Position numbers and translations under genes: made by a program
In this document: in pieces, positions 23,986 through 35,297 of the stretch
Position numbering within the stretch: the stretch's first letter is position 1
Layout: the number at the start of each line of letters is the position of its first letter
Assembly: GCF_963921235.1 (NCBI RefSeq)
Contig: NC_086109.1
Location: 25,608,001-25,672,000, forward strand
Reading direction: 5' to 3'
Length of the DNA: 64,000 nucleotides
From: Mobula hypostoma
Taxonomy: Eukaryota
Notes under the pieces: model-generated
The model's database searches: none
Told to the model about the DNA's origin: nothing
The model's input: only the letters and a program-made list of their open reading frames with translations

Positions 23986-25369
23986 AAACCTATTTCTTAT
24001 TAGACAATTCTTACTAGAAAATAAGAAAATAAAATCTGACACCTGAAATGTTTTTTACAGCAACAAATGGATGGTGTTTGTTCCATGATAAGAAGTTCAT
24101 ATTTGAAGGCAAATCGGAAATTTGGGCATGGAATTCACAGGATAATTATATTAATTCATTAAAAATGTTGGATATTAAGTCATAGGTCAGTGAATTGACC
24201 ATAACTTCACCTATTGACCCAGAACCCTGAGCCAGTTGACTCAGTGTCCCACTGACTCCCTGACGTCGATAGAATTCCTTTACTCAGTGACGCCATTGAT
24301 CCATTGACTGTCTGACTGGGTGACACTCCAACATAAGCTGTAAACAAGAACAACTGATACTCATGTTGTTTTATTTGGAAAAAATATTGTAGATATTGGA
24401 AGTAAAAAGAGAAGTTGTAGGAAAAAGTTCATAGGTCAGTGAAAGTAGTTCGTCAGGCCAGTGCAGGGCACCAGAAAGCGTTGGGCTCCAAGGTTTTTAG
24501 AGCACCTCCAAGGTTTTTACTGGTTGATTGTTGTTTAACGACAATCGGTAATCATTAGAGTTCCTTGTATTTCTCTCTAATGACTCAGTCCTTGTAATGA
24601 AGTCTCCCAGTGCCTTTCGTTTAAAATTGTTATGTATATTTTGGTAGGCTCAGGGAGTCCGTGTTACTTGTATTATTTAAGTGGATGCACGATTAGCGCT
24701 AATTGCTGAGTCCTGGTTTTGAGAATGTTATTTTGCACCGTATTGCTCCATTGGTGTTTTTTTGGAATTATTATAAACTTTTATCACTGTTTCTACATGT
24801 GGAGTCTGTCGTTTCTCTGCACTTGGGATCTGATATTGCCAGTGCACATTGTGACAGCCAGTTAGCATCTGTGGAGAGGAAAGCGGAGATTTATTGCCTT
24901 ACAGTAAGTGCAGAGTTATTGGTATGAAAAGGCAAAGTACAAGTAAAAGGAAAGATTTTCTTCCTTTTCTTCCACAGACTCAGTGTTTGGTTCGTAACTC
25001 TGTGCTTGATTTGAGTAGAACATGTTACAATGCTAATTTTTTTCCAGTTCTGATAAAAGATCTTCAACCTGAGAAGATAATCCTTTTTCTCTTTCTACAG
25101 CCATTGCTTGACCCGTTTTTTATTTCTACCATTCCCTGCTCTCGTTGCTTTGTTGGGAGATTGGTCACTGAAGGTTCTACAACACTTTTCCCATATCTGA
25201 GAATAAGGAAATGGTCCCAAGAATAGCTCATGACTTTAAAGTAGTGAGTTTCTCACAAGGTAACGAAGTGTTACACAATCGACATTTAACACAATCATTC
25301 CTACAGTTTTTGATGGAAAAGCTCCAGAACCTGTATTTTCCACAGCATCTGGATCCTTATTTTCCTAAC

Positions 25370-26413
25370 TGAAAGGTCACAATCTGTGCGGATCGAAAAC
25401 AACATCTCCACCTCGCTGACAATCAACACTGGTGCACCTCAGGGATGTGTGCTTAGCCCTCTGCTCTAATCTCTCTACAGCCATGACTGTGTGGCTAGGC
25501 ACAGCTCAAATACCATCTATAAATTTGCTGATGACATAGCTATCGTTGGCAGGATTTCAGATGATGACTAGAAGCCGTGCAGAAGCGAGATATATCAGCT
25601 AGTTGGATGGTGTCATAGTAACAACCTTGAGCTCAATGTCAGTAAGACTAAAGAATTAATTGTGTATTTCAGGAAGGGTAAGATGAGGGAACACACACCA
25701 GTCCTCATAAAGGGATCAGAAGTGGATCAAGTGAGCAACTACAAGTCCCTGGGAGTCAATATCTCTGAGGATTCTGGGCCCAACGTATTAATGCAGGTAC
25801 AAAGAAAGCACGACACGGCTATATTTCATTAGGAGTTTGAGAAGGTTTGGTATGTCACCAACGACACTCACAAATTTCTACATACGTGCTGTGGGGAGCA
25901 TTCTAACTGGCTGCTTCACCATCTGGTCTGGGGGGGTGCTGTTGTTACAGCACAGGATTGAAATAAGCTGCAGAGAATTGTAAAATTAGTCAGCTCCATC
26001 ATGGGCACTATCCTCTGTAGTATCCAGGACATCTTCAAGGAGTGATGCCTCAAAAAGGCAGCATACATCATTAAGAGCCCCCGTCATGCAGATCATGCAT
26101 TTTTCTCATAGTTACCATCAGGAAAGAGGTATAGAAGCCTAAAGGTACAGAATCAGAAACAGCTAAAACAGCTTCTTCCCCTCTGCCACCTGATTTCTGA
26201 ATGGACCTTGAACTCATGAACACTACTTCACTAATTTTTTATTTCTATTTTTGCACCAGTTATTTAATGTAACTATTTTATGGACATATACTTACTGTCA
26301 TTCACATGGTTTTTCCATTTTTTCTATTGTTCTGTATTGCATTGTACTGCTGCCACAAAGGCAATAAATTTCACAACATATGCCAGTGATATTAAACCTG
26401 ATTCAGATTCTGA
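25370..26413 (+). mobile_element. Rex1/Babar-type LINE 3' fragment
   Basis: [28 protein letters not shown] remnants; tail 'gatattaaacctgattcagattctga'. Confidence 0.85.
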
Positions 26414-27159
26414 TAACTATACTCTTTGTTTGAAGGAGCACTGAGTAACTTTCAAATGACAAACAAGCTTGTGGGGAAATGGGATTCATCATTGAAGAAT
26501 GGAGACTGATTTCACCTGCTGCTTACTGGGAAATTTAATAATTCCAAACTTAACCTGTTGTTCCTCCCTAATTTACCTGCAGTACCATGGAATCAGAGCA
26601 AAGGGCATTAACTGGGTGATGAGCCAATATTGGTCTGTTAAAGGAGTGTGGTTAGCTTGGTAAAGTCATGAGAATCTCTCAATCGTGACAGTGTTGGCTT
26701 AGTTCTGTAAATCTCTTTTCCCCCCTGCCAGTGATATCAATTCTGCATGTGATTCCCTAATACAAATACCCCTGTTGACTGTGGTCTGTATTCCCTCTGA
26801 GGATTTCTGAGTGGAAACCATCTCAATCTGATTTTCTTAAATATAGCTTGCAATAGCTGTTTCCAGAGCAAAAAGAAAACTTGCAGAGGTTCTTTTGCCT
26901 TTGAAAATATAAGAGGTTAATGCTTACTTTGGGTAAGGGTCTTTGATTTCTTCATACATTTTTTAACTAAAAGAGTTGGTAACATATCAGACTTCTAAAG
27001 AAAAACATTTACTCCCGCCATATTGAATATTTAGTCACTTATTTTACACTAGAAAGGTATGACATGTAACTTCTGGCATTAGGCAGATTAACTGTAGTTA
27101 TTATACAATATAATATCTGTCAGGTTACTCGTTTGAGTGCTACTAGTACCATGTAACCC

Positions 27160-27540
27160 AGTACTACCTGTTGCATGGTCGGGTGGTTGGCAACTAAACC
27201 GGCTCCCCCACCGGGCTTGCCTGGTGAGGAGGGTGGCTAGACACCCTTCAGGATGAAAAACAAGACCTGTCAAAGGGCAAATGAACCCTTTCGTAGGGTC
27301 AGCGGCCATCTAGCAAACACGTACCGTGAAGCGCAGAAAGGGCATTCCTTGCATCAAAGCTTGGTCTGGCCATTCACTGCAACAGAACCTCCCCCAGCTG
27401 TCTTGGATCCCACCATGCCGCTGGATCCGGGAGGGGATGTCGAGAGGGTGGGTCTGGACCTGTGCAACCCCCTACTCACGCACACGCTGTTCCTTTCTGA
27501 GGAGTGGGGTACCATCATCATCCTATGGGATGGATAGCCA
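27160..27540 (+). mobile_element. Putative RTE-5'UTR-like short repeat (unclassified)
   Basis: GC/CpG-rich island in AT-rich DNA; 'gagagggtgggtctggacctgtgcaacccc' resembles RTE 5' UTR motifs; short (CAT)n near the end. Confidence 0.35.
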
Positions 27541-27611
27541 GAGATTATACAGTATATTCTCAAAACATTAGGTTTCTATCACAATTTAGTAACTGCAAAG
27601 ATCTATCCAAA

Positions 27612-28177
27612 TGTAATGCACTATAAGGTTTCACTACTAATGTAATGGCCTCTCTGTAAAGTTTCCCTGCTAAGGTAATGGTCTCTCTGTAGTGGCAGTG
27701 TTTGGGTTATGAGTAGAGATAACGGGGGCTTTAGAATGTGCACTATCCAATGAGAGGTATGTTATTCTTTCCTGTGGGTCTGGGAGCAGGGATTTCGCGG
27801 TCTTTAGTTGGCAAAAGATGAAGAGAGAAGACGCGAATGGAAAGAGTTGGTAGGCCAGTGGACGGAGTGGACTCGGAGCGAGGGTCCGACAGTCATCGAC
27901 GCTCCGCTCGGAGGAGGTCGATGGGGAATGAATGGACGAATTCATTAAAATGGGCCCTTTTTCTTTTAAATTTCTTTACTAACCCTATAGTCAGATAAAG
28001 ATTTAAAAAGTTCAGTCGTTAAGTTGCATATGGGGTACTGTCCGATATTTTGTGGTTCAGATTTGTAACTGGGCAACACATCACGCAACATCCACACAAA
28101 TGAGATTTCTCAGTTTGGCTGGGCCAGAGGGTGTCTTCCCATAGACAAACATAAGTAGGCCAAACCTGAGGGTTAGA
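27612..28177 (+). repeat. 5' LTR
   Basis: tgtaatgcactataaggtttcac...cctgagggttaga; aligns to 33995-34571. Confidence 0.92.
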
Positions 28178-28181
28178 ATTG

Positions 28182-28199
28182 TGGGGGCTCGTCTGGGAT
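28182..28199 (+). promoter_or_regulatory. Primer-binding site, tRNA-Pro
   Basis: tgggggctcgtctgggat vs canonical tRNA-Pro PBS TGGGGGCTCGTCCGGGAT (one C>T), 4 nt after the LTR. Confidence 0.88.
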
Positions 28200-28271
28200 T
28201 GATTCCGTTGGATGCTGTGTGATTGCCCTGAGCAATGAATCAGTAGGTTATGTGTTTAAGTCTGTGCTAGT

Positions 28272-29593
28272 ATGGATGCTGCCGGGGTGGAGTGGTGACG
28301 TGCCTCCTTGGGGTTACCGGTAACTAATGCGTGCGTATTGAGTGGGGTGGATATTTGTACCACGGATGAATTGTTAATTTGATTTTTGAGTAGGGTTAAA
28401 GCTGTTGGCAAAGTCACGGTTGTAGGGTGGAGATTTCACAAAATGGCAGGCTGAGACCTTGTTTTAGTTCAGACTAGTGCTGATATAACAACAGTGGAAC
28501 TGCTCGCTTCTACCGGAGCGGCAGGTGAGGCGGGGCCATGGCCAGTCCATACTGTCAGGGAGGAGGAGAATGTAGTGGAGCCATCCAAGTCCGAAGTCGA
28601 TCTTCCTGTAGCTGGGGGTGGAGATTTCAAAGACAGGGTTCTATCTTTTCTGAGGAGTGAGGAGAAGGAGTGGTCGGACTTGGAATGTCTGATTAGTCCC
28701 CATCCCCCAGTGAAAAGTGAGAATTCTGAGGTAGTATCTGCCCTTACCCCTCTGGCGAATAAATGGAAAAATGCCCAAGTTCAAAGTCCCTGCTATGGAA
28801 GACTCTGCCTATTCTCTGGAATTGCGTCCACCCTGAAAGGGGAAGGGGAGTATAGACTTGGGCGAAGCAGACCTCTCAGTTGTTAGATGAGTGGCAGTGC
28901 TCTGATGACGAAAAGCGACAGAAGTTGGTTCAGAGTTTGAATGGACAGGCCGCTTACGTGGTAAGAGCTGTGAAAACACGCCAACCCTTAGCATTGGAGA
29001 GCGCATTTAGTAAGACAGGGAGCCCACTGGAGCTCATGGTGGGAGTTCAGAACATGCGTCAGGAGAAGGGGGAGAAGCTTTCTGCTTACTTTTTTCAGCT
29101 AGAGAGGCAGCTAAATTGCCTATAGCGCAGAGGGGTCATTCAGGCGGCTGAGGTGGATCAGTTAAGAATGGACCAACTAGCCGAGGGTCTGATTGCTTGA
29201 GGTCTTCGACAGTCTCTTAAGATGCGTCCCCCCTCTCCCTTTCGTTGAGCTGATCAGCGAAGTATGGGAGGAGGAGGACGCGTTGGAGGCATGAGAGGGC
29301 TCCATCAGCAGGGTACAGTTCTCGGTAGTAGGCCCTTGTGGTGATGTGACCACGGATAGCCTGCCCCGGAGAGCGGAAAAGGAAATTGTGGCAGAGTTGA
29401 GAACTAAGATGGCTCGGCTGTTATCAGTGAATGTGAACCTCCCATATAATGGAGCTGATGGGGAGGGGTGGATCCCCTAAGGGGATGAACAATGCAGAGG
29501 GCTGCTAGCAGCCAATGTCATGTGAGAAGGAGAGTGAGCCCCTGGGTACCTAAGCAGAGAGAGTCATTGGGAAACTTAGAGGAGATCCAGCGA
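28272..29593 (+). pseudogene. gag: gag pseudogene, PNMA-like
   Basis: MDAAGVEW*..LGL...ACVLSGV...G...GPWPVH N-terminal domain and YGRLCLFSG...KGEGEY...LLDEWQCSDDEKRQKLVQSLNGQA capsid motif; several stops/frameshifts. Confidence 0.8.
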
Positions 29594-29630
29594 GAGAACG
29601 GACTGGTGTCTTTGGGGGAACACGTTCCCT
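29569..29630 (+). promoter_or_regulatory. -1 ribosomal frameshift signal (G GGA AAC + predicted H-type pseudoknot)
   Basis: Slippery heptamer 29569-29575; the -1 frame runs into PEGLVGP ahead of the protease; stems ccag/ctgg and agagaacg/cgttccct. Confidence 0.72.
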
Positions 29631-32600
29631 GTAGTATACCAAGGAACTCCTGAAAGCAAAAGACCCTATTCCTGAAGGCTTAGTGGGACCATGCTCCAGT
29701 GAGTCACTATGGATAAAGAGTATTATGCTAAAGCCACACTCGACACTGGGTCACAGGTCACTTTGTTGTACCATTCGTTTTACAACCGGTATCTGAAGCA
29801 TTTACCATTGACACCATTCAGTGCACTGGAGATCTGGGGTCTCAGTGCCGATGATTATCCCTACGACGGTTATTTGTCAGTGGAGCTGGAGTTCTCGGAG
29901 GCCGATGTGGGAGTGTCTGAGGTCCTCGATACATTAGTGCTGGTTGATCCGGACCCCATTGAGAAAGGTGGAGTTTCAATTCTGGCGGGGACCAACACCC
30001 CTCTTGTGAGGAGGCTTATGGGGGCCTGCAAGGAGAAGGCTGGCGAGAGCTTTCTGGGAGCATTGTCCATGCACCCGGTGTTTAGAACTGCTTTTAAGGA
30101 AGTGCGTTGCTGCATTGGGCCGGATACCGAATTTAGACAAGGGACTGTGTGGTTCACCCAGTCGAAGCCAATGGTGGTATGGCCCGGGGAAGTAGAGAGA
30201 GTGATGGGGACCCCCAAATTTCCTGGAGTGCCTGAGGGCGAGGCCCTCTTAGTGGACACTCCTGAAGACCATGAAGGGGATTCAGGGTTTCCTGCGGGGG
30301 TACTGGTGAGGCCCGAACTGCAGAAGCCCTCGGTTGTACAGGCGAGCAGGATAGCAGTGATTGTCAGGAACACTACGAAGAGGGAGGTCACTTTCAAGCA
30401 GGGGATGCCCCTCGCGCATCTATTCCCGGTGACGGTAATGTCTAGTGTCCCTGTGAGACAAGCCAGGGAGAAACTATTGGAAAAACAGGAAAGTTGACCA
30501 TGGAGTCATTCAACTTTTGGGACTCGCCAGTTCCTGTAGGTTGGAAGAAGCGGTTAGTAGAGAAGATGTTGAAGCTGGAAGGTGTCTTTTCCACTGAGAA
30601 GTTTGATGTGGGTTGTTCTAAGAGCAATCGTCACACTATCTGGGTGACCAAGGACACCTCGTTTAGAGAAAGGTCATGGAGAATGGCCCCTGCAGAGGTG
30701 GAGGACATTCAGCAGTGTTTGTGTAAATTGAAGGAAGCTGGGATCATCACCAAGTCCCAAAGCCCCTATGCATCCCCAGTAGTGGTGGCCCGTAAAAAGA
30801 ATGGGAAGGTATGGATGTGCATAGACTATAGGGCTCTGAACAGGCACACCATCCCTGACCAGTATATGGCCCTAAGGATCAAAGATGCACTGGACTGTCT
30901 AAGTGGTGCAAAGTGGTTCAGTGTGCTGGATTTGAGGAGGAGATATTACCAGATCCCCATGAGTGAGGCTGACAAAGAGAAGGTGCCAGTTTTACAGCCC
31001 CAGGTATTCTTCCAGTTTGAAGGGATGCCCCAGGGCATATTGGGAGCCCTTGCAACCTTCCAGAGAGTCATGGAGAAGATGATGGGGGATATGAACTTGC
31101 TTGAGGTATTGGTGTATCTGGATGACCTCATAGTGTTTGGATCCATCTTAGAAGAACATGAAGTGAGGCTACTGAAGGTGCTGGGCTGTCTGAAAGCTGA
31201 AAGGTTCAAACTTTCCCTGAACAAGTGCCAGTTCTGCAAAATGTCTTTTAGCTATGTTGGGCACATAATCTCACGGGATGGAGTAGCTACATATCCAACT
31301 AAGACAGAGGTGGTGACCACTTGGTCAAGACCGCAGACTGTGAGCACTGTGCACTCCTTCCATGGGCTCTGTGGTTACTATTTGGAGGTTTGTGAAGGGC
31401 TACACAAAAGTGAGTCACTCATTGAATCAGCTTCTGTGTGGTTACCCTCCCTTGGGGAAGAAAGGGGGGGAGGCAAAGGACAGAAGGGTGGAAAGTATCT
31501 TAGCCCGTCGGAGCACTTTGGACCGAGATGGGACGTAAAATGTGAAGAGGCCTTTCATTTGTTGAAGGAGCTGCTGACCCAGGCACTGGTGCTGTCTTTT
31601 GCAGACCCCCGATTGCCGTATGTACTGCACATGGATGCCAGCCAAAAGGGCTTGGGGGGCATCCTGTATCAGGATCTGGACACCAGGTTGAGACCCGTTG
31701 TGTTTGTCAACCAGAGTCTGTCACCCTCCAAGGAAAAACTATCCCACGCTCAAGTTGGAATTCCTGCTGTTGAAATGGGCGGTGGTAGATAAGCTGAGTG
31801 ACTACCTCTAGGGGGCCAAGTTTGAGGTGAGGACAGACAACAACCCTCTAACTTAAATTCTGACCTCAGCAAAACTGGATGCCACAGGCCATCGGTGGTT
31901 GGCAGCGTTGTCTACCTATAATTTCAGCCTGAAGTACCGGCCGGAAAGCCGGAACATTGATGCTGACACTTTGTCCTGACGGGTGCATGAGGGATTGGAC
32001 AGAGACGAGGAGTGAGAGAGTGTTCCTGCCCTTGGGGTGAAGGCCTTGTGTCAGTTCATCATCACCGTGCGGCAGAAGGAAAGGAGGGGCAGGATCGAGC
32101 AGTGGATCGATTGGGGGCTTATGATGACACCATCCCCCAAGTTTTCTGTAACCTGACTGCTCTGAAGACAAATCGGCTGCCGGAATTGAGTTCTGGGGAA
32201 GTGGCAGCTGCTCAGCGAGATGACCAGGGCATCAGTACCATTTGGTCAACAGTCGAAAAGGGAGACATGGCTCAGGCGGAGAAGATGAAATACATGTCGG
32301 TGCCTCCATTACTGAGAGGATGGCCTCGGGTGGAGTTGCGGAACCAGACCTTACACAGGGTTACGTCACCCTGGACCGACTTCGGCATTGCCAGCTGGTT
32401 CTGCCCAAGAAGTATCACAGGATTCCACTGAAGTCACTTCATGATGATTTTGGACATTTGGGGGTGGAAAAGACCTGTGGATTGCTCAGAGACCAGTTTT
32501 ACTAGCCCCGGATGAAGTCGGAGGTTGAAGAATACTGCAAGTCATGCATTTGATGCATACGCCGGAAAACACTGCCTACGCGGGCAGCTCCCTTGTCCCA

Positions 32601-33537
32601 CATGCAGAGGGCGGGGTCCCTGAACCTGGTGTGTATGGATTTCCTGTCAATAGAATCTGATGCCAGCAACTTGGCGAATGTCTTAGTCATCACGGACCAC
32701 TACACCAGATATGCTCAGGCTTTTTCTACCAAGGACCAGAGGGCATCTACAGTGGCCAGAGTGTTATGGGAGAAGTATTTCATTTATTATGGACTTTCCA
32801 GGCCGATACATAGTGATCAGGGATGGGATTTCGCGAGCAGACTCATCCACAAGTTATCGAGCGTGCTTGGAGTCGAAAAGTTGAGGACCACGCCCAATCA
32901 CCCACAGGGTGATCCCCAGCCCAAGAGGTTTAATCGGACCTTGCTAGACATGCTCAGGACTCTGGAGATCAGCAAGAAGAGCAGGTGGAGTCAATATATT
33001 GGACAGCTGGTTCACAGTTACAACTGTACTCGGAATGAAGCTACTGGGTACTCGCCGTATTATCTGATGTTTGGGTGCGAGGCGAGGTTGCCCATTGACC
33101 TTTGTTTTGGGACTGACAAGGGTGACTTACCACTGAAGACTTATCTGAAGTATGTGTCTGACATGAGAAGAGAGCTGAAAAGTGCTTATGAATTAGCTGG
33201 GGTCGCAGCTGCCGAGCAGAATCAAGGAAATAAGAGGAGGTATGATCAGAAGGTGAGGTTCTCCCAACTCCTGCTGGGAGACCAGGCCCTCATAAGGAAT
33301 TTGAACCCACCAGTTTTCCGGGTGAAACCAAAGGATGGGAACAGGCCTGCCAAGATTCTCCATCGGAACCACTTGCTGCCCCTGGGACAAGAGGCGCAGG
33401 TAGACTTGGAGCCTACACCTAGTAAGAGGACTCTGCGGAAATGCGGGTCGACTGCAGGACCCACAGCAGGAGAGGTTATGCTGGCCCCCACCCCTGAGAG
33501 GGATACTGATTCGGAGGATGAGGACCCGGGTGTGTGA
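29569..33537 (+). pseudogene. pol: pol pseudogene (protease, RT, RNase H, integrase)
   Basis: LDTGSQ protease; SPYASPVVV..KK.G...CIDYRALN, YLDD RT; DAS..GLG RNase H; HDDFGHLG..C..C zinc finger and D..D integrase core (IHSDQG, RFNRTL); frameshifts and stops. Confidence 0.93.
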
Positions 33538-33973
33538 TATATGCTGCCTTTTGCTAACTTCCCATTGATTGAGGAAGAGATTTCCAGCCCTTCTCCCGCT
33601 GTTAGGTGAAGTGTGGGGGCGCTATCTGTGGGCAGACTGGGTTGCCGCAGGGCTCTGCAGGGGAGGAAGCGGGAGTTGGCCACAGGGTCCGAGTTGCAGG
33701 TGGGCACGTGATAGGTCGGGGGAGGCTTCGCCAGGTAGACCGGAAATATCCCCAGTAGTGTCTGAACCTGAAGAGTTCGGTGAGAGGGGTACAGAGGTCT
33801 CAGAGAATTAGGCGACCCCCAGATAGGCTGGCCTACATAGTACTGGGGTAACAGAGTGGGACCCCTACCGTTTTGGAGAGCTATGTCACTGCCTTTTACA
33901 CCTGGATTGGACTTAGTGTTTTGCAGGAAAGATTGGTGAATTATCCCAATGTCATGAGGACATGACTAAATTT

Positions 33974-33994
33974 GGTTGGGGGGGTGGGGTGGAG
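33974..33994 (+). promoter_or_regulatory. Polypurine tract
   Basis: G-rich ggttgggggggtggggtggag directly 5' of the 3' LTR. Confidence 0.75.
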
Positions 33995-34571
33995 TGTAAC
34001 ACGCTGTAAGGTTTCACTGCTAACACGATGGCTTCTCTGTAATGTTTCACTGCTGAGGTAATAGTTTCTCTGTAGCAGCAATGTTTGGGTTATGACTAGA
34101 GATAACGGAGGCTTTAAAATGTGCGCTGTTCAATGAGAGGCATGTTGTTCTTTATTGTGGGTCTGGGAGTAGTGATTTCGCAGTCTTTTGTCAGCGAGAG
34201 AGAAGAAGCTAACAGAAAGACTTGGTAGACTGGTGGACGGAGTGGACTCAGAGTGAGGGTCCGACAGTCAGCGACACTGGGAGGAGGTCGATGGGGAACG
34301 AATGGACGAATCTGTGAGCTCCAATGTGCGCATTAGACTCTTTCATTAAAATGGACCCTTTTTCTTTTTATTTTCTTTACTAAGGAAGATGAAGGTTTAT
34401 AAGGTTCAATGGTTAAATTACATATGGGGCACTGTCTGATATTTTGTGGTTTGGATTTGTAACCGGGCAACACATCATGCAGCATCCACACAAACGAGAT
34501 TTCTCAGTTTGGCTGGGCCAGAGGCTGTCTTCCCCTAGACAAACGCATGCTGGCCGACCCTGAGGATTACA
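33995..34571 (+). repeat. 3' LTR
   Basis: tgtaacacgctgtaaggtttcac...cctgaggattaca. Confidence 0.92.
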
Positions 34572-35297
34572 CAAAAAATTGCAAGGCAAATTGTCTAAAC
34601 CAGCATAAATCTGAATTGTTTCTTTCCCTGAAGAGATTTGATAGTAATGAATCTGAGTTATATTTGGAGACAGGAGCTGACTGCAAGCTCTTGGGAATTA
34701 ATCCACACACGGGCTAGTGTTGGAGCCTTTGATTAATGTTGTCCTGAAATGAGACCAATGCTATATAAATCAGACTAGTTCAATCGGCAGCCCCTCTGAG
34801 TCCGAGTCAGTCACAGAAAGTTTCAGTCCTCCCACAGGTTCTCCTAACACTTTGCTGAAATAGAAATCTTTGCACTAATTTACAACTTGTTCATGTTTCA
34901 TGGCCAGTTTGTGTCTCAGGCCACCAGATTTAGATTCCACAGGGTGTTTAGAGTTCCATACTCTGTCTGTAAATGTAATGATACAATGTTTTTTTTCTTT
35001 CAGATTAAACTCCGAATCTGTTCCAAGGCCGCCTGTCAGTACTAGAGAGTTGCTGAAGGAAATTCAAGGCAAAACACTAAACAGAGGGAACCAGCACAGA
35101 GGTGCCTGGGGAAGAGAGGGGTTTGATTGTTGAGTTACTATGAAGCATCTCTGAGAATAATCACTCTATTCCATCAACTTTGGAATCACCCCCTCAACAA
35201 GATCCATCTTCAATTAAAAATTGGGTGCAAGTTTCTTTCTGAGATATTTGCCAGAAAACTTAAAGGTGAAGCAAAACAGTTAAATAGGCAGAGAACT

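Larger units (their letters stand above)
27612..34571 (+). mobile_element. Full-length decayed Ty3/Gypsy LTR retrotransposon (PNMA-like gag)
   Basis: Two homologous LTRs (TG...CA type), CAAA TSD (27608-27611, 34572-34575), PBS, PPT, gag-PR-RT-RH-IN order. Confidence 0.95.

Noticed and set aside
24190..24330. AP-1/CRE site cluster (repeated TGAC words)
   Set aside because: More simply a degenerate simple repeat; no independent support for regulation
33540..33970. env-like third ORF after the integrase
   Set aside because: Only ~430 bp, with no signal peptide, TM segment or long ORF; looks like decayed integrase tail/UTR
35127..35295. N-terminal part of the 347-aa ORF as a true start or host-TE fusion
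   Set aside because: Non-ATG start in AT-rich flank; best explained as chance read-in to a 5'-truncated PLE
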